Source of the DNA: Leucoraja erinacea
Taxonomy: Eukaryota
Direction of reading: 5' to 3'
Assembly: GCF_028641065.1 (NCBI RefSeq)
Contig: NC_073412.1
Coordinates: forward strand, 11,160,001 to 11,224,000
Length of the DNA: 64,000 nt
A program made the translations under genes and the position numbers. This document shows positions 38,945-52,163 of this stretch, piece after piece (within the stretch, counting starts at the first letter, position 1; every line of letters starts with the position of its first letter). The notes beneath the pieces were generated by a model. That model ran no database searches, was not told the DNA's origin, and was given only the letters and a program-made list of their open reading frames with translations.

Positions 38945-39170
38945 GGTATAGATCGATCTTTTGTGTGATTGTTGGCAGAAATGGAAAATCACTTGAACAC
39001 TGCTACTGCCCCTGAGAGCCCATTACAGATACTGTGTGTTAAACATTCAGAAGAGGCTGAACGATTGAAGCATTTGTCTGGAACTTTGAATGAAAAACTA
39101 GGGTGTGAATTGTGGCCAGAGGGAGGGATTGAAACCCTGGAGGGCATGAAATACATAGAAAAGATAATTT

Positions 39171-40300
39171 TGTGGCGGCCCCTGTTGGTGAGCCACGCGC
39201 ATTGCGAACCCTCGGCTCTGGAGGGGGGAATCATGTGTCTTGGTAACGGGAAGTGCAGGACACGGGGCATCTCTGGGGGTTATTTAAGGTTGGGAACGCC
39301 CGTGCCTCGGGTAGAAGTAGGGAGCTGTATCGTTAGTTAACATTAAAGATTTACTGGCTGGACAAACCTCATGACCCGCCTTATTCTTGGCTGGACAGCT
39401 TAGAGTCCCGCCTTATTGGTGACCCAGACTTTGCAAATTAGGCATTTTGGAGCACAGCGTGCACGCCACCAGCGCTCAACCCGCTGTTGCCGCCGACCAG
39501 GTCCAACTGAACGCAGTCACCCTGATGCTACTAACCTTCTGGACCTCTCAACCATAGGTTGAGAGGCGCAATTTCATATCTGCATAACATGGGCGGGCTC
39601 GGCGACCAGAAGCCATCGGCCCTCATGAGCAAGATGCTCACGCTGATGGATGGCCACCGGCCCTACTTGTTGTTCAAGTATGCGTTCCTTCAGTGGTTGT
39701 CGGACAACATCCGCCTACTCTCAGGGGCAAGTTTTGATGTCCCCCGGGCGCTAGCGGAGCGCGCCGACGAGCTGTGGCTGGCCAGGCGGCAGGAAGTGGG
39801 CGCACTGGATCGGGTGTCCACAGCACCTTGGAAGGCTCAGTGGCCTAGGGCTGCGCCCACTGGAGGTCCGCTGGGTCTCTTGCTACGGGATAAACTGGCA
39901 AAAGAATGTGGTGCTTTTACCACCAGTGCTGGGGTTCGGCGGCCCACCAATGCCGTCCGCTCTGTTCGTTTCAGGGAAACACTGGGGCCGGCCGCTGGTA
40001 ATCACCACGGTGGTCGGCCAGATTCACTGCCTGTATGCTTGGGACCAGCGCTCAGTTCAAAGATTCCTGGTGGACACAGGGGCGGAAGTCAGCGTTTTGC
40101 TCCCGGCCGGGATGGACACGCGTTCTGGTAAGCGGCAGCCGTCCCATACGAACGTTTGGTATCCGCACCATTCCCCTAATTTTTGGCATATGTCACATCA
40201 CCTGGCCATTTACCGTTATAGAAGTGGCCCAGCTATTGCTGGGCGCAGATTTCCTGCGAGCACAATTGCTCTTAGTTGATGCTCGTCCACACTTCCACGT
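39171..40300 (+). mobile_element. Degenerate Gypsy element (5' LTR, gag, protease) related to 61057-64000
   Basis: LTR start tgtggcggcc, PBS tggtgaccc at 39417, gag motif MGGLGDQKPSALM, GGGAAAC at 39974-39980, protease [10 protein letters not shown]. Confidence 0.85.
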
Positions 40301-40459
40301 TGGAAGCGATCTCTTTGCTCCCTACTGCGTCCGCCGCGCTAATCCGCAACCCGGTGGTGTTTACAAATAAAGAAAGGTTTGGAAGTGTTCGATTTACTGA
40401 ATTAGTTTTACTGAACTAGACGAGGGAGAGAGTATTCGATCCGGAATCAACACCCGGAG

Positions 40460-41330
40460 GCCACGGTTTTTAGGCTCCTGTTATTTCTTCCTGATGGTAG
40501 CAGCAAGATGGGAGCATGGGCAGAGTGGTGTTGATCTTGATGATATTAACTGATTTCCTGTAGATTCCTTTGATGGTGAGGTCAATACCCTTGATGTAAC
40601 AGGTAGTGTCAAGCACTTTCTATAACCTCCTTTATTCCTTGACATTTGATTTTAACGAGCGGGTCTCTGAGGCTGCCAGCCAGTTTGCTCCCTACTGTAC
40701 ACCTGCAGAATTTCAATAGAGTATTCAGGGAAATGCCAAATCTCATCAATCTTCAAAGGAAGTAGAGGTGTTCATGAGATTCCTGTGTGATTACATGAAT
40801 GAGCTGGTCCCAGAACAGATCTTTAAAGATATGCATGCCCAAGGAAAGTGAAGCTCTCAACTCTCTCCACGTTGGCCTGTTGATGATGACAAGTTCATCA
40901 ATGATCAACTTTCTCTTCCTTAAATTAACAATCAGCTCCTTGGTCTTGCTGACATTGAGAGCAAGATTGTTGTTCTGCTACCATTCAGTCAGATTATCAA
41001 TCTCACTCTTGTATTCTGACTCATGTTACCTGTTATTTATCCAACAACAATAGTATGTCGGCAAATTTTAAAATGGTTTTGGAGCAGTATCTGGGTATCC
41101 TGTCATAGATTTAGAAAGAGTAGAGCAGGGGACTGAGCACACAGCCTTGAGACGCTCCAGTGCTGATGGTCATTGAGGACAGAGTTGTTGACATTTGTAC
41201 TGATTGATGTCTGCCAATGAGGAAGTCGAGGATCTGAGAGGAATGAGTTTGGTGATGAGTTTGGAAAGGATGATGGTGTTGAATGCAAAGCTGTAGTTGA
41301 TGAACACAGCCTAACATACATGTTCCTGTT
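40460..41330 (-). mobile_element. Rex1/Babar-like LINE remnant
   Basis: ISTGASQGCVLSPLLYS and KTKELIV motifs. Confidence 0.75.
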
Positions 41331-42554
41331 TCTAAGGTAGTAACTAAGTAACTAAGAGGGATAGGCAGCATTTCTGGGGTGAAGGAATGGATGATGTTTC
41401 AGGTCTCGACCCGAAACATCACCCATTCTTTCTCTCCAGAGATGCTGCCTGTCCTGCTGAGTTACTCCAGCATTTTGTGTCTATGTTCAATTTAAACCAG
41501 CATCTACAGTTCTTTCCTGCACATGTTCCTGTTTCTAGCCATACGAAGACCATGATGCCCCCCAAAAAAGAAAATGCTCACTTGCCTCCTCACAAGCTAT
41601 TATGAGATAAGAGAAATTGACTCATCCTGCATTTAGTCAGGCAGATCTGATAAAGCATTAACCACCTTGTCTGCATCCTGATGTAAGCTCTCTATTTATA
41701 CCTTCATCTCAGCCCTCCAAGTCAGTATAGGTGTTGGGAACTCAACTCCTGCAAGTTCAAGAGCCTGTTTAATTGCATCCTCCAGTGCTAAGTGTCAACT
41801 CCCATGCTATGCAACCCTCTAACTTATTGTGTTATCTATTGCAGTGTCAGAATCTAAAATGAGATTATATGGTTGTTCCCGCTGCTGCTTCCCCTGCTTG
41901 GTCTATTGGCTGCAGTAGGAAAATAAAGGCCTTTTTTTTTTAAAATTAGGTTTATTTGTAACCTGTAACGAAGCCACCTTTGTCAACATGGAGCAACATG
42001 CATGTTGAAAGAAGTCTTTATATTTGAACATTTAAAGAAGAATGGATTTATGAGGAAATGGGTTTGACATACATAGCTGCCAAATTCCTTGCAGCCTTCA
42101 CTTGCAGCTTTCTTCATTCTGCACAAGCCTGGAATATAGAGAACATTAGAGGCCCTGCAAAGATCGACAAAATGCTGGAGTAACTCAGCGTGCCAGGAGA
42201 AAATAGATAGGTAACGTTTCAGGTCGGGACCTTTCTTCAACCTATTATTATGTTAGAGGCCTGCACCTTACTGTTTGGGTGGGTTTTTTCCTGTTACTGA
42301 CAGTGTTTGCTTAAATCAAGTCAATGATCAATTTTAGCATTCTACATTTATAGGCTTAATCCATGGATTTGTAAGTGGTGATAACAGTTGGAGTGTGTGA
42401 GTATTTCAGTTACTGAGAATATACTTTATTCTGCTGTACAATTCCCCATCTATCTAGGAGTAATTTGGTAACTAAACCTGCCTTTTTATATTGTACCTGT
42501 ATATTGAGATCAATGTGTAGTTTTAGTCAACAGATGATTAGAAAGTGAAGAACT

Positions 42555-43241
42555 ATAACCATAAATGGGGATCCTGTGGATAGGGTGAACTGTTTTAAAT
42601 ATCTGGGAGTCCACATCTCTGAGGATATGACATGGTCATCACACGCCTCAGCACTGGTGAGTAAGGCAAGGCAGCGCCTTTACCACCTCAGGCAATTGAG
42701 GAAATTCAGAGTGTCTCCGAGGATCCTCCAGTGCTTCTACGCAGCGGCGGTGGAAAGCATCTTGTCCGGGAACATTACCATCTGGTTCGGGAATTGCTCT
42801 GCCAAGGACAAGAAGGCTCTGCAGAGAGGACTGCGTTCGGCCGAACGCACTATGGGAACTTCACTCACCCCCCTGCAGGAACTATACAACAGGAGGTGCA
42901 ACTCCAGAGCAAACAAAATCATGAGAGATGTCTTCCACCCCTGCAACGGACTGTTCCAGCCGCTACGGTCAGGCAAACGCCTCCGTTGCCATGCAGTGAG
43001 AACGGAGAGGTTGAGAAGGAGTTTCTTCCCAGAGGCAATTCGGACTGTAAACGCCTTTCTCACCAGGGACTAACTGTACAGAACGTTTTTCCTTCTATTA
43101 TTTATTATGTAAAATAATATGTGTGTTATGATTGTGTTTATAATTTGTTTGGTTGTTTTGTTGTTCCGCGAGCATTGCCACTTTCATTTCACTGCACATC
43201 TCGTATGTGTATGTGACAAATAAACTTGACTTGACTTGACT
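42555..43241 (+). mobile_element. Young 5'-truncated Rex1/Babar-like LINE
   Basis: Open ORF 42576-43073 (FKYLGVHISEDMTWS..KARQRLYHLRQL..RSFFPEAIR), aataaa and (cttga)n tail. Confidence 0.9.
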
Positions 43242-44968
43242 AGATCATGACACAGAAACAAAACATTCTCCATGTTAAAGATGAATATTCACACGGGCAG
43301 AATTAATTGTACTGAAAAACCTAACAGAATGTGTATGAAATGCAAGCTTTGTTTTAACACACAAGGTAAATAAATCATGTAAGAAAGAACTGCAGATGCT
43401 GGTCTAAATCGAAGGTACACACAAAGTGCTAGAGTAACTCAGCTGGACAGGCAGCATCTCTGGAGAGAAGGAAAGGGTGATGTTTCGGGTTGAGACTCTT
43501 CTTCAGATAAGTAAATTGGCTGGTTCATGAATGCAAGAGCTTTGGAAGCAATTAATGGAAAAATACTAGAATCAGAATGCTGCAAGCTGAAATTATTACA
43601 TGCTGGAAACAGATTTGCAAAGGAAAATTATCATGTGCATATGAAACCAATATATTTTAGTATCAGCAAATTGAAACAAAAGTTATAGTTTTATGGAATT
43701 CATTTTCAGATTCCGTGCTATAGGTATCCATGCATATGAGGAGTTAACAGTTCTGCTGATGAAACCATTTCATTGATTAGATTAATGGTTAAAATGTATC
43801 TAAACTTGTCTGTAATTTCTGTGTATTCATAAACATAAGTGCAACTATTTATTGGATGAACTTGGAGTCCAATCACATTGATGCTACAGCCAAGAAACCA
43901 CACCATCACCTCTACCTCCTCAGGAGGTTTGAGGATATTCACCATGTCTCCAATTACTTTTAACCATTTCTAGAAATGCACAGTAGAAAGTATCCTGTCC
44001 TGAAGGGTCTCGACCCTAAATGTTACCTATTCATGTTCTCCAGATAACAAAATATACCAATAACTAAAAAGGTATTGAAATTTACATTAATAGCAACAAT
44101 ATACGTGCAACATAAAAATATGCACCAGTAAGATGATGGCTCCCAAATAGATTGTCTGCTGTAGATATCAATGACAGCTAATCGAAGTGTTCCATAAGAA
44201 TTCCCACCTGATTCACGTGGACAACATCTGTTTTGCTTCTGCTTCAATAGGAAGAAAGGATTATTCAACAAAGGTAGCTGGCAGTTAAATTGAGAATATG
44301 AGACAAAGGGAGAGAAAGTATTTCCCTTAAATAGTTTTTTTGTGTCTTTAATAAACATAAATGGACCCAATCTGAATACCAAGAACATTACTTTTGTTTC
44401 CAGCATTTTTTTTAGCAATTTTGTCCCAGTCATAGCCAGATTAGTTAAATTTTTGGCTCTTAGTAGCTAGGCAATGATTTTTAACGATTTGTTTTATCGA
44501 TGTTCTATGTTCATTAATTCCCCTTGACAATGATTGGACAATGTGTCCTCAACAAAATCAGTATAATTAATTAACGTGCACAAAATCATCACATTCTTAA
44601 CATATAATGAGTGCACTGAACAAAATGAAAACAATGCCCTATTTATACGGAAGTGCCAATAGTTCACTCTCAAGAGAGTATTCCATCAGCTGCAGAATTT
44701 TGTATAACTGTAACCTGTGAAGTTACTCTGCAACATTCAAGTTCATCAATATATGTGAAACAATACTTGTTTTCCAATTGTGATGCATGTATATCAAAAG
44801 TACAATGAAATGCCAGTTTAACAGTATGATGTCCAACAATGTAAAATTCATTAGGAAATTCTGAAATGATGCCCTTGTTTTTACCACCTTTTAAAAAATT
44901 TACAAATTTAGTACATTTTCCGGAACATACAGTTAATAAATAATTTACATCCATGATGTTTACTGATT

Positions 44969-45152
44969 NNNNNNNNNNNNNNNNNNNNNNNNNNNNNNNN
45001 NNNNNNNNNNNNNNNNNNNNNNNNNNNNNNNNNNNNNNNNNNNNNNNNNNNNNNNNNNNNNNNNNNNNNNNNNNNNNNNNNNNNNNNNNNNNNNNNNNNN
45101 NNNNNNNNNNNNNNNNNNNNNNNNNNNNNNNNNNNNNNNNNNNNNNNNNNNN
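44969..45152. other. Assembly gap (N run)
   Basis: Run of n. Confidence 1.
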
Positions 45153-46390
45153 CCCCTCTCTCCCCCCCCCCCCCCACTCTCCCCCCCCTCCCCCACTCTA
45201 CACATGGATAAGAAACATAGAAAAATAGGTGCAGGAGTAGGCCCTTCGAGCCAGCACCGCCATTCAATATGATCATGGCTGTACCTGTAGGCAATATATT
45301 GTCACCCATTTGGGGCTGCCAGATATAGTAACATTCTCAGCATATGTGGATGATATTGCTGCATTTTCATTTTTCCATTTCAAGATGGGCTTTGTTACAG
45401 ATGGATTTTTATTGAGAAAGTAACCCCAAACAGCATGAATAACATTGAACAGTACAGCACAAGGACAGGCCCTTTGGCGCCCAATATATGTGTCAAACAT
45501 AATTGACACATATATTGCGCTGCGCTGAGACCTATCGCGGAGCTGGCGGCCTCCAACTTGTACCGACCTCGAGGCTCCGAGATAAATCAGAGCCAGGACT
45601 TCCAACTTCCAGCTGGACAGTAAGTCCAGCTGGCCGACTTCGGGGCTGTGGTGGCGTTGCGGCAGCGGCGACCCGACTTCGAAGCCTTGGAGACTCGGCC
45701 GCGGGCCCAGTGGATGACAACGTCGGGAGCTCGCAGGTCCCAGGTTGGTGACCGGTTTTCTGGAGCTCCCGCAACTACAGCTTCGTCCGCTGGACTGGAG
45801 GGTGGCAGCTTCGGCAGCTTCGACCGCCCTGGGCTGCGGAATTTGAAGCAGCCTGTTCGTGGAGCTCGGATGCGGCCGCTGGACTTGCCATCACCCGTCG
45901 GGGGGCCCAACACCGGGGGCCTGGATCGCCTCAACGCAGAGGGAGACGAGGAGGGAAGAGACATGGATTTAAGACTTTTGCCTTCCATCACAGTGAGGGG
46001 GTGCCTGGTAGACTCACTTTGGTGGATGTTAAACTGTGTTAAGTATATATTTTGGTATTTTTATTCTATGCTTTTTTTGCTGTTTATCAACATGAGGACC
46101 AAAATGACTGCAAGGTATACAATTTTGTTCAGACTGAAATGGCTGAATGACAATAAAGGATACTTTACTTTATTTCTTTCCGACTAAGTCACTGTTAACC
46201 GACAGTTCTTAATCATTTGGATCAGCATATCATGTAGTTTATCAAATGCCTTATTAAAATCTATTAAGTCAACATCCACCGCCCTACTCATCGATCACAA
46301 TTGTCACCTCAAAAAATTCAATTACGTTAGTAAGACACAACCTACCACATACGCAAGACCTAATGAATCCATTCTCTTCCAAATGGGAGT

Positions 46391-48040
46391 ATAGTGCCAA
46401 AGTATTGGGACAAAGACCCATCATTTATTTATTTGCCTCTGTACTCCACAATTTGATATATATAATAGAAAAAAATCACATGTGGTTAAAGTGCACATTG
46501 TCAGATTTTATTAAAGGCCATTTTTATACATTTTGGTTTCACCATGTAGATTATGTATAAACACCATAAGCTGTGTTTATACATAGTCCCCCTATTTCAG
46601 TGCACCATAATGTTTGGGACACATGGCTTCACAGGTGGTTGTAATTGCTCAGGTGTGTTTAATTGCCTTCTTAATGCAGGTGGAAGAGAGCTCTCAGCAC
46701 CTAGTCTTTCCTCCAGTCAATCCATCACCTTTGGAAACTTTTATTGCTGTTTATCAACATGAGGACCAAAGTTGTGTCAATGAAAGTCAAATAACCCATT
46801 ATGAGACTGAGAATCAAGAATAAAACTGTTAGAGAACTGTAAGCCAAACTTACGCTTACCAAATTCAACTGTTTGGAACACAGTTAAGAAGAAAGAAAGC
46901 ACTGGTGAGCTTACTAATTTCAAAGGGACTGACAGGCCAAGGAAGACCCCCACAGCTGATGACAGAAGAATTCTCTCTAAAACAAAGAAAAATCCCCAAA
47001 CACCTGTCCGCCAGATCAGAAACACTCTTTAGGAGTCAGGTGTGGATTTGTCAATGACCACTGTCCGCTGAAGACTTCATGAACTGAAATATAGAGGCTA
47101 CACTGCAAGATGCAAACCACTGGTTAGCTGCACAAAATAGGATGGCCAGGTTACAGTTTGCCGAGAAGTAATAATAATAATAATAATGTTTATTTATATA
47201 GCACTTTTCAACAAAACCAGTATTTGAACCAAAGTGCTTTACAGAGATTGTTTAAATTAATTGAACAGATCAAATGTCAATAAATCCATACAAAACAAAA
47301 AAGAGAAAAAGAAAAAAAGACACAGAACAGTACTTAAAAGAGCAACCACAGTTCTGGAAAAAGGTCTTGTGGATAGATGAGACAAAGATTAACATATCAG
47401 TGATGGCAAGAGGAAAGTTTGGAGGAGAGAAGGAACTGCCCAAGATCCAAAGCATACCACCTCATCTGTGAAACACAGTGGTGGGGGTGTTATGGCCTGG
47501 GCTTGTATGGCTGCTAAAAGGTACTGGCTCACTTATCTTCATTGATCATACATCTGCTGATGGTAGTAGCATAATGAATTCTGAAGTGTATAGACACATC
47601 CTATCTGCTCAAGTTCAAACAAATGCCTCAAAACTCATTGGCCGACAGATCGTTCTACAGCAAGACAATGATCCTAAGCATACTGCTAAAGCAACAAGGG
47701 AGTTTTTCAAAGATAAAAAATGGTCAGTTCTTGAGTGGCCAAGTCAATCACACATTCTAAACCCAATTGAGCATGCCTTTTATATACTGAAGAGAAAACT
47801 GAAGGGCTCTGGCCCCCAAAACAAGCATAATCTAAAGATGGCTGCAATACAGGCCTGGCAGAGCATCATCAGAGAAGACACCCAGCAACTGGTGATGTCC
47901 ATGAATCGCAGACTTCAAGCAGTCATTGCAAGCAAAGGATATGCAACAAAATACTAAACATGACTACTTTCATTTATATGACATTGCTGTGTCCCAAACA
48001 TTATGGTGCCCTGAAATGGGGGGATTACGTATAAACACAA
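46391..48040 (+). mobile_element. Tc1-like transposon relic (DD34E transposase pseudogene, about 46759-47957)
   Basis: WIDETKI, QQDNDPKH and NPIEH motifs. Inverted repeat at about 46570-46622 and 47989-48039. Frameshifts/stops and a LINE-tail insert at about 47170-47330. Confidence 0.9.
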
Positions 48041-49779
48041 AATTAGATGCATTGTTCATATTATAGCAAAGAACACAGTTCATATTATCGCAAAGTTGGG
48101 TTTGAATATTAAGATATTTTTTGTGTAAATTTTTGTAACATTTATAGATTGCAACCTAAACATATTAATAGTTGCGAATAAAATTGTGTTTTCAGGGAGT
48201 GTTTTTTATATTGATCAGGACGCTATCTTGTGGCATTGTTATGTTTTATTCTGCAGTACACACGTGAGAGCTAAATATGAAGTGAAACTTCTGCAGGTGA
48301 ATATCAAAATACCTCATCAGTTTACCAGATGCATAGGCAGATGTGGTCTGCTTCAAACTCAGCCTGGCTCCACAAAATGATGAAATATCAAACTTATCAT
48401 TTAAATATAATAAATAATGGGAAACGGGTGCTGTTTTTTAACAGGGATAAATAAACAAATTTCAAACATAAGGTACTCGTGTCATTAGCCTAAAGCCGTA
48501 GTTTAATTACTTAAAATCCATTACATCCTGTAGTATAGTCTGGATATAGCAAGATTAAGAATACAGGATTTTAATAATTTCAACTTTAAATTTGAATATA
48601 TAGATTTAAAAACTCAGGTATTCACAATATTTAATCCATTGCCTGGTATACAAGGGACCACAGGCAACCAGGGAACATGAAACCTTTCCACTTCTCAAAG
48701 TGTACACCTAAAACTGCATAAAACATGTATAGCAAAGCCATTCACTAAAAAGGATTATTTTTCCATTGAAGTATTTGAAAAAAATAGACTAACATTAATA
48801 AGTAGTGAAAAACTAAGAATTTACTTCTTGGTTGGAAAGTAATACAAATAGACTATTTTTGTAGTTGGTCATTCAACTGAAAATAATAATTGGTTTGGTT
48901 TCACCTGCATTGATAATGATAGAGTGGAAAAAAAGTGCGGCAGCTTTCAAAAAACATAATGCAATTTGGGTAAAACTTAAATGGTAACGTATTAAACCAA
49001 AATGGTTCATTTTGATCTCTTTGTATTTTTGTTTTGACAGTACAGGAGTTCATAGATTTAAATATGACTATTTAATCTTATATACAAGTGTGGTTTGTTG
49101 ATCTTGCAGCAGCTGAACTCTGAAGCTGTGTGCTGTATGGATATTTGGATGTGTTGGTAGTTACACTTGTTCATCGGGTTCCAAATTGTGTTCCGTGCTA
49201 TATTCCTACGTAAGATTCCAAGGTTCCATGCCTGCAACATTGCTTACATTCATCTAAAAACGGGATACTGGAAGTACTCAACAGGTCAAACAGCAACCAT
49301 AGGTAGAGAAACAGAATCAGTGTTTCAGGTCAAGGACCCTTCATCACACTGCTAACATGAGAAAACAAGCATGTTTAAAATTGCAGCGGTGAAGAGAACA
49401 GCAAGTATCTGTAATCGAGTTATAACCAAATTTAGTAAATTAGCAGTTACTGTAAAAGCCACCAGTTATAAACAGAAGTAGAAAAAAATGGAACCAGAAA
49501 GATTAAGCTAGTTTTGTGGTGTCGATAAATAAAGAGTTACCTGAAATTGTTAAATGCAGTATTAAGTGCAGACTACATTGTGCTGAGGTGGAAGAGGTGC
49601 TGCTCCATTAGTTTAAATGTGTCATTATTGGAGTGATGTAGGATGATAAAAAGGCGATCCGAGTGAGAATGTGATGGAGGATAAAATCAACAGATTGGCA
49701 TTTTGTTTTTCCAAGGTAGGGAAGACAGTAATGTGAGCATCAAATGTAATATGCTAAATTGGAACAAATGGAATACATC

Positions 49780-50966
49780 GACGATTAGTTTGGGGCTGCT
49801 TCCCACACCAATGCAGAACTCATTGACTTCATCAACATTGCTCCAAACTTCCACCCTGCCCACAAATTCACAGACTATCCCTAACACCTCACAACTAACA
49901 TCTAATGCAGACCCATTAACTCCCAGTTACTTTGATTACATATCCTCCCACCATGCCTCTTGCAAGGTGGGAGGAGATGCCCATTACTCTCAATTTCTCT
50001 GTTTCTGCAATATCTGTTCGCAAGATGAAGCTTTCCACTCTAGGACATTTAAAATGTGCGGTAACTCCCCTGCTGTTGTGGATGCATCCCTCACCCATGT
50101 CTCCTCTGTGTTCCAGCAGTTCGCTCAAGCACCCCTGCCCTCAGACAAAACAAGTGTAGAGTTCCCATGGTCCTCTTCTGGCATCCCACCAGCCTCCACA
50201 TTCAACACAACATACTCCCACATTTCTGCCGCCCAACAGCAGTCATATATTCCCTATCGCCAGCTTCTTCCACAGAGACCACTCCCTCCGCATCACCTTA
50301 GTTCACTCATCCCTTCCCACCCTAACCACCCCCTCCCCAGGTACTTTCCCCCACATCTGCAGTTATTGTAACATTTGTCCCTAAACCACCTCCATTAGCT
50401 CCATCCAGGGACTCCAGCAGGCCTTCCAGGTGAGACAAGAGGTTCACAACGCTTCTTCAAACCTTATCTACTGCATTTGGTGCTCCTGACGTATCCTCCT
50501 TTACATCGGTCTGACCAAGCATAGCCTAGGCGACTGTTTTGACAAACACTTGAGCTTGGTTTGAGATTTATGGGATCCTGCTGGCAAACTATTTTTATTC
50601 ACCTTCCTATTCCCATACCAACCTTTCTGGGCTGGAGCTCCTCTTTTGACAGTGAAACTACACGTAAAACTAGAGGAACAGCACCTCATATTCCCCTTGG
50701 GTACCTTACTACCCAACGTTATGAATATCGAATTCTCCATTTTTAAGTAACACCCCCATTTCCCCTCTCTCTTGCCTGTCCTACTCCCCCCGCGCACACA
50801 TTTCCGGCGCTATCCTGCTCCACTTTACCCCCACCTTCTCCTTCCACCTATATCATTCCCTGTGGCTTTACATTTTACTTTTCATCTCTCCTTATCTAAC
50901 ACCTTTTTCTCGCCCTTTCATATCTAGCCTTCATCCACCCATTTGCCAATCAAATCCCCCCTTACC
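49780..50966 (+). mobile_element. Degenerate Penelope-like element
   Basis: YIGLTKHSLGDCFDKHL GIY-YIG-like segment at about 50500-50550. Its tail resumes after 52010. Confidence 0.7.
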
Positions 50967-52010
50967 TAGGTATGTTGCAAAACCCACCTTAAGCGTCGCT
51001 GCAGATCTGTCGCAGCCCGTGTGTGTGATTATGGCGCCGTTTAGAGGGGGGCGGGTTTAAAATGCGATTTTCCCTAGGCTGTTCAAATCGAGCTTGTTCA
51101 GCCTACCTCAGTTGCTGACGAAAAATCGCTTGAAGTTTCGCTCGCTGGAGCTATTTTTACATTTTACGGGTTCATTTAATTATTATAGTAAGTTAAAAAT
51201 TAACCACTAAACCCACGACCGCCGACAATGGGTTGGATCTCATACAGGGGACAATGGAAGGTAGGTTGTTTATTTTTACATTAAAAAGCGCTTCTTAAGA
51301 TCCCTTTATACAAAGTTTTATGTTGCGAGTAGCTAATTTGGGGCCCCATTAAATCCCGCAGTATTTTTCTGGGCATTTGGGGGCACAAATCTACCGCAAT
51401 GTGAACGTTCTAAACCAGCACGTTCCACAGGATCCCACTCGAAAGCTGATTTAAATGGCCATTAATTTACAGCAATTGAACACTAAATTCCTTCCATTTG
51501 GCCTATAAATTAATGTAAATGAGATTTAAAAATCATGTTTTATTGTGAATTCTTTGTGAATATTATTTGGACACTTAGACTATTTAAAAATGTTAATCAT
51601 TTCTTAAGAAATGGATAGATGTTTAGATCTAGTAATTGAAGTTTGGAATTAGCTACAATTGGGTAACTAACTAATTATATGCTTTAATTTCAGGTCATCC
51701 AAGTAAGATTATTTTATATTTGTTTCAGAATGCTTCAATCTCTGATAACTGAAAATTTCATTCAGTTCTCTTAATTTTTAAGAAAGTTATGTGCTTTTGA
51801 CTGTCCACGATCACAGCTTTTTTGTTATGTCCATAGAAAATCAACAGGGAACAAGATGTTAATTTCCGAGTATGACAATGGCCATAACTTTTTAAATACT
51901 TGAGATATGAAAGTGAATTAGGTGTCAAATTAAACTTCTTTTTATGCTTTATCTGATGGGATAAATTGCAGACTTGATTTTTAAAATCTCAAAATTTTGT
52001 AACATTGCTA
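50967..52010. mobile_element. Non-autonomous DNA transposon with TAG...CTA termini and 7-bp TSD
   Basis: TIR taggtatgttgcaaaa/ttttgtaacattgcta. ccttacc at 50960-50966 and 52011-52017. Confidence 0.8.
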
Positions 52011-52163
52011 CCTTACCTGCATCCATCTATCACTTGCCAGGCTTTGTCCTGCCCCCACCTCCCCCCCCCCCCCCCCCCTACAATTGTCGCCTATACCATT
52101 CCTAATGAAGTTCTCTAATCCTGGCAGCATTCTGGTATATCTCCTATAGATCAGTGCCATTCA

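Noticed and set aside
43700-49240. Possible terminal exons of the expected upstream neighbour (CEP152 in mammals)
   Set aside because: No recognisable protein similarity or consistent exon chain in the ORFs at 44023-44433, 44670-44954 and 49058-49240.
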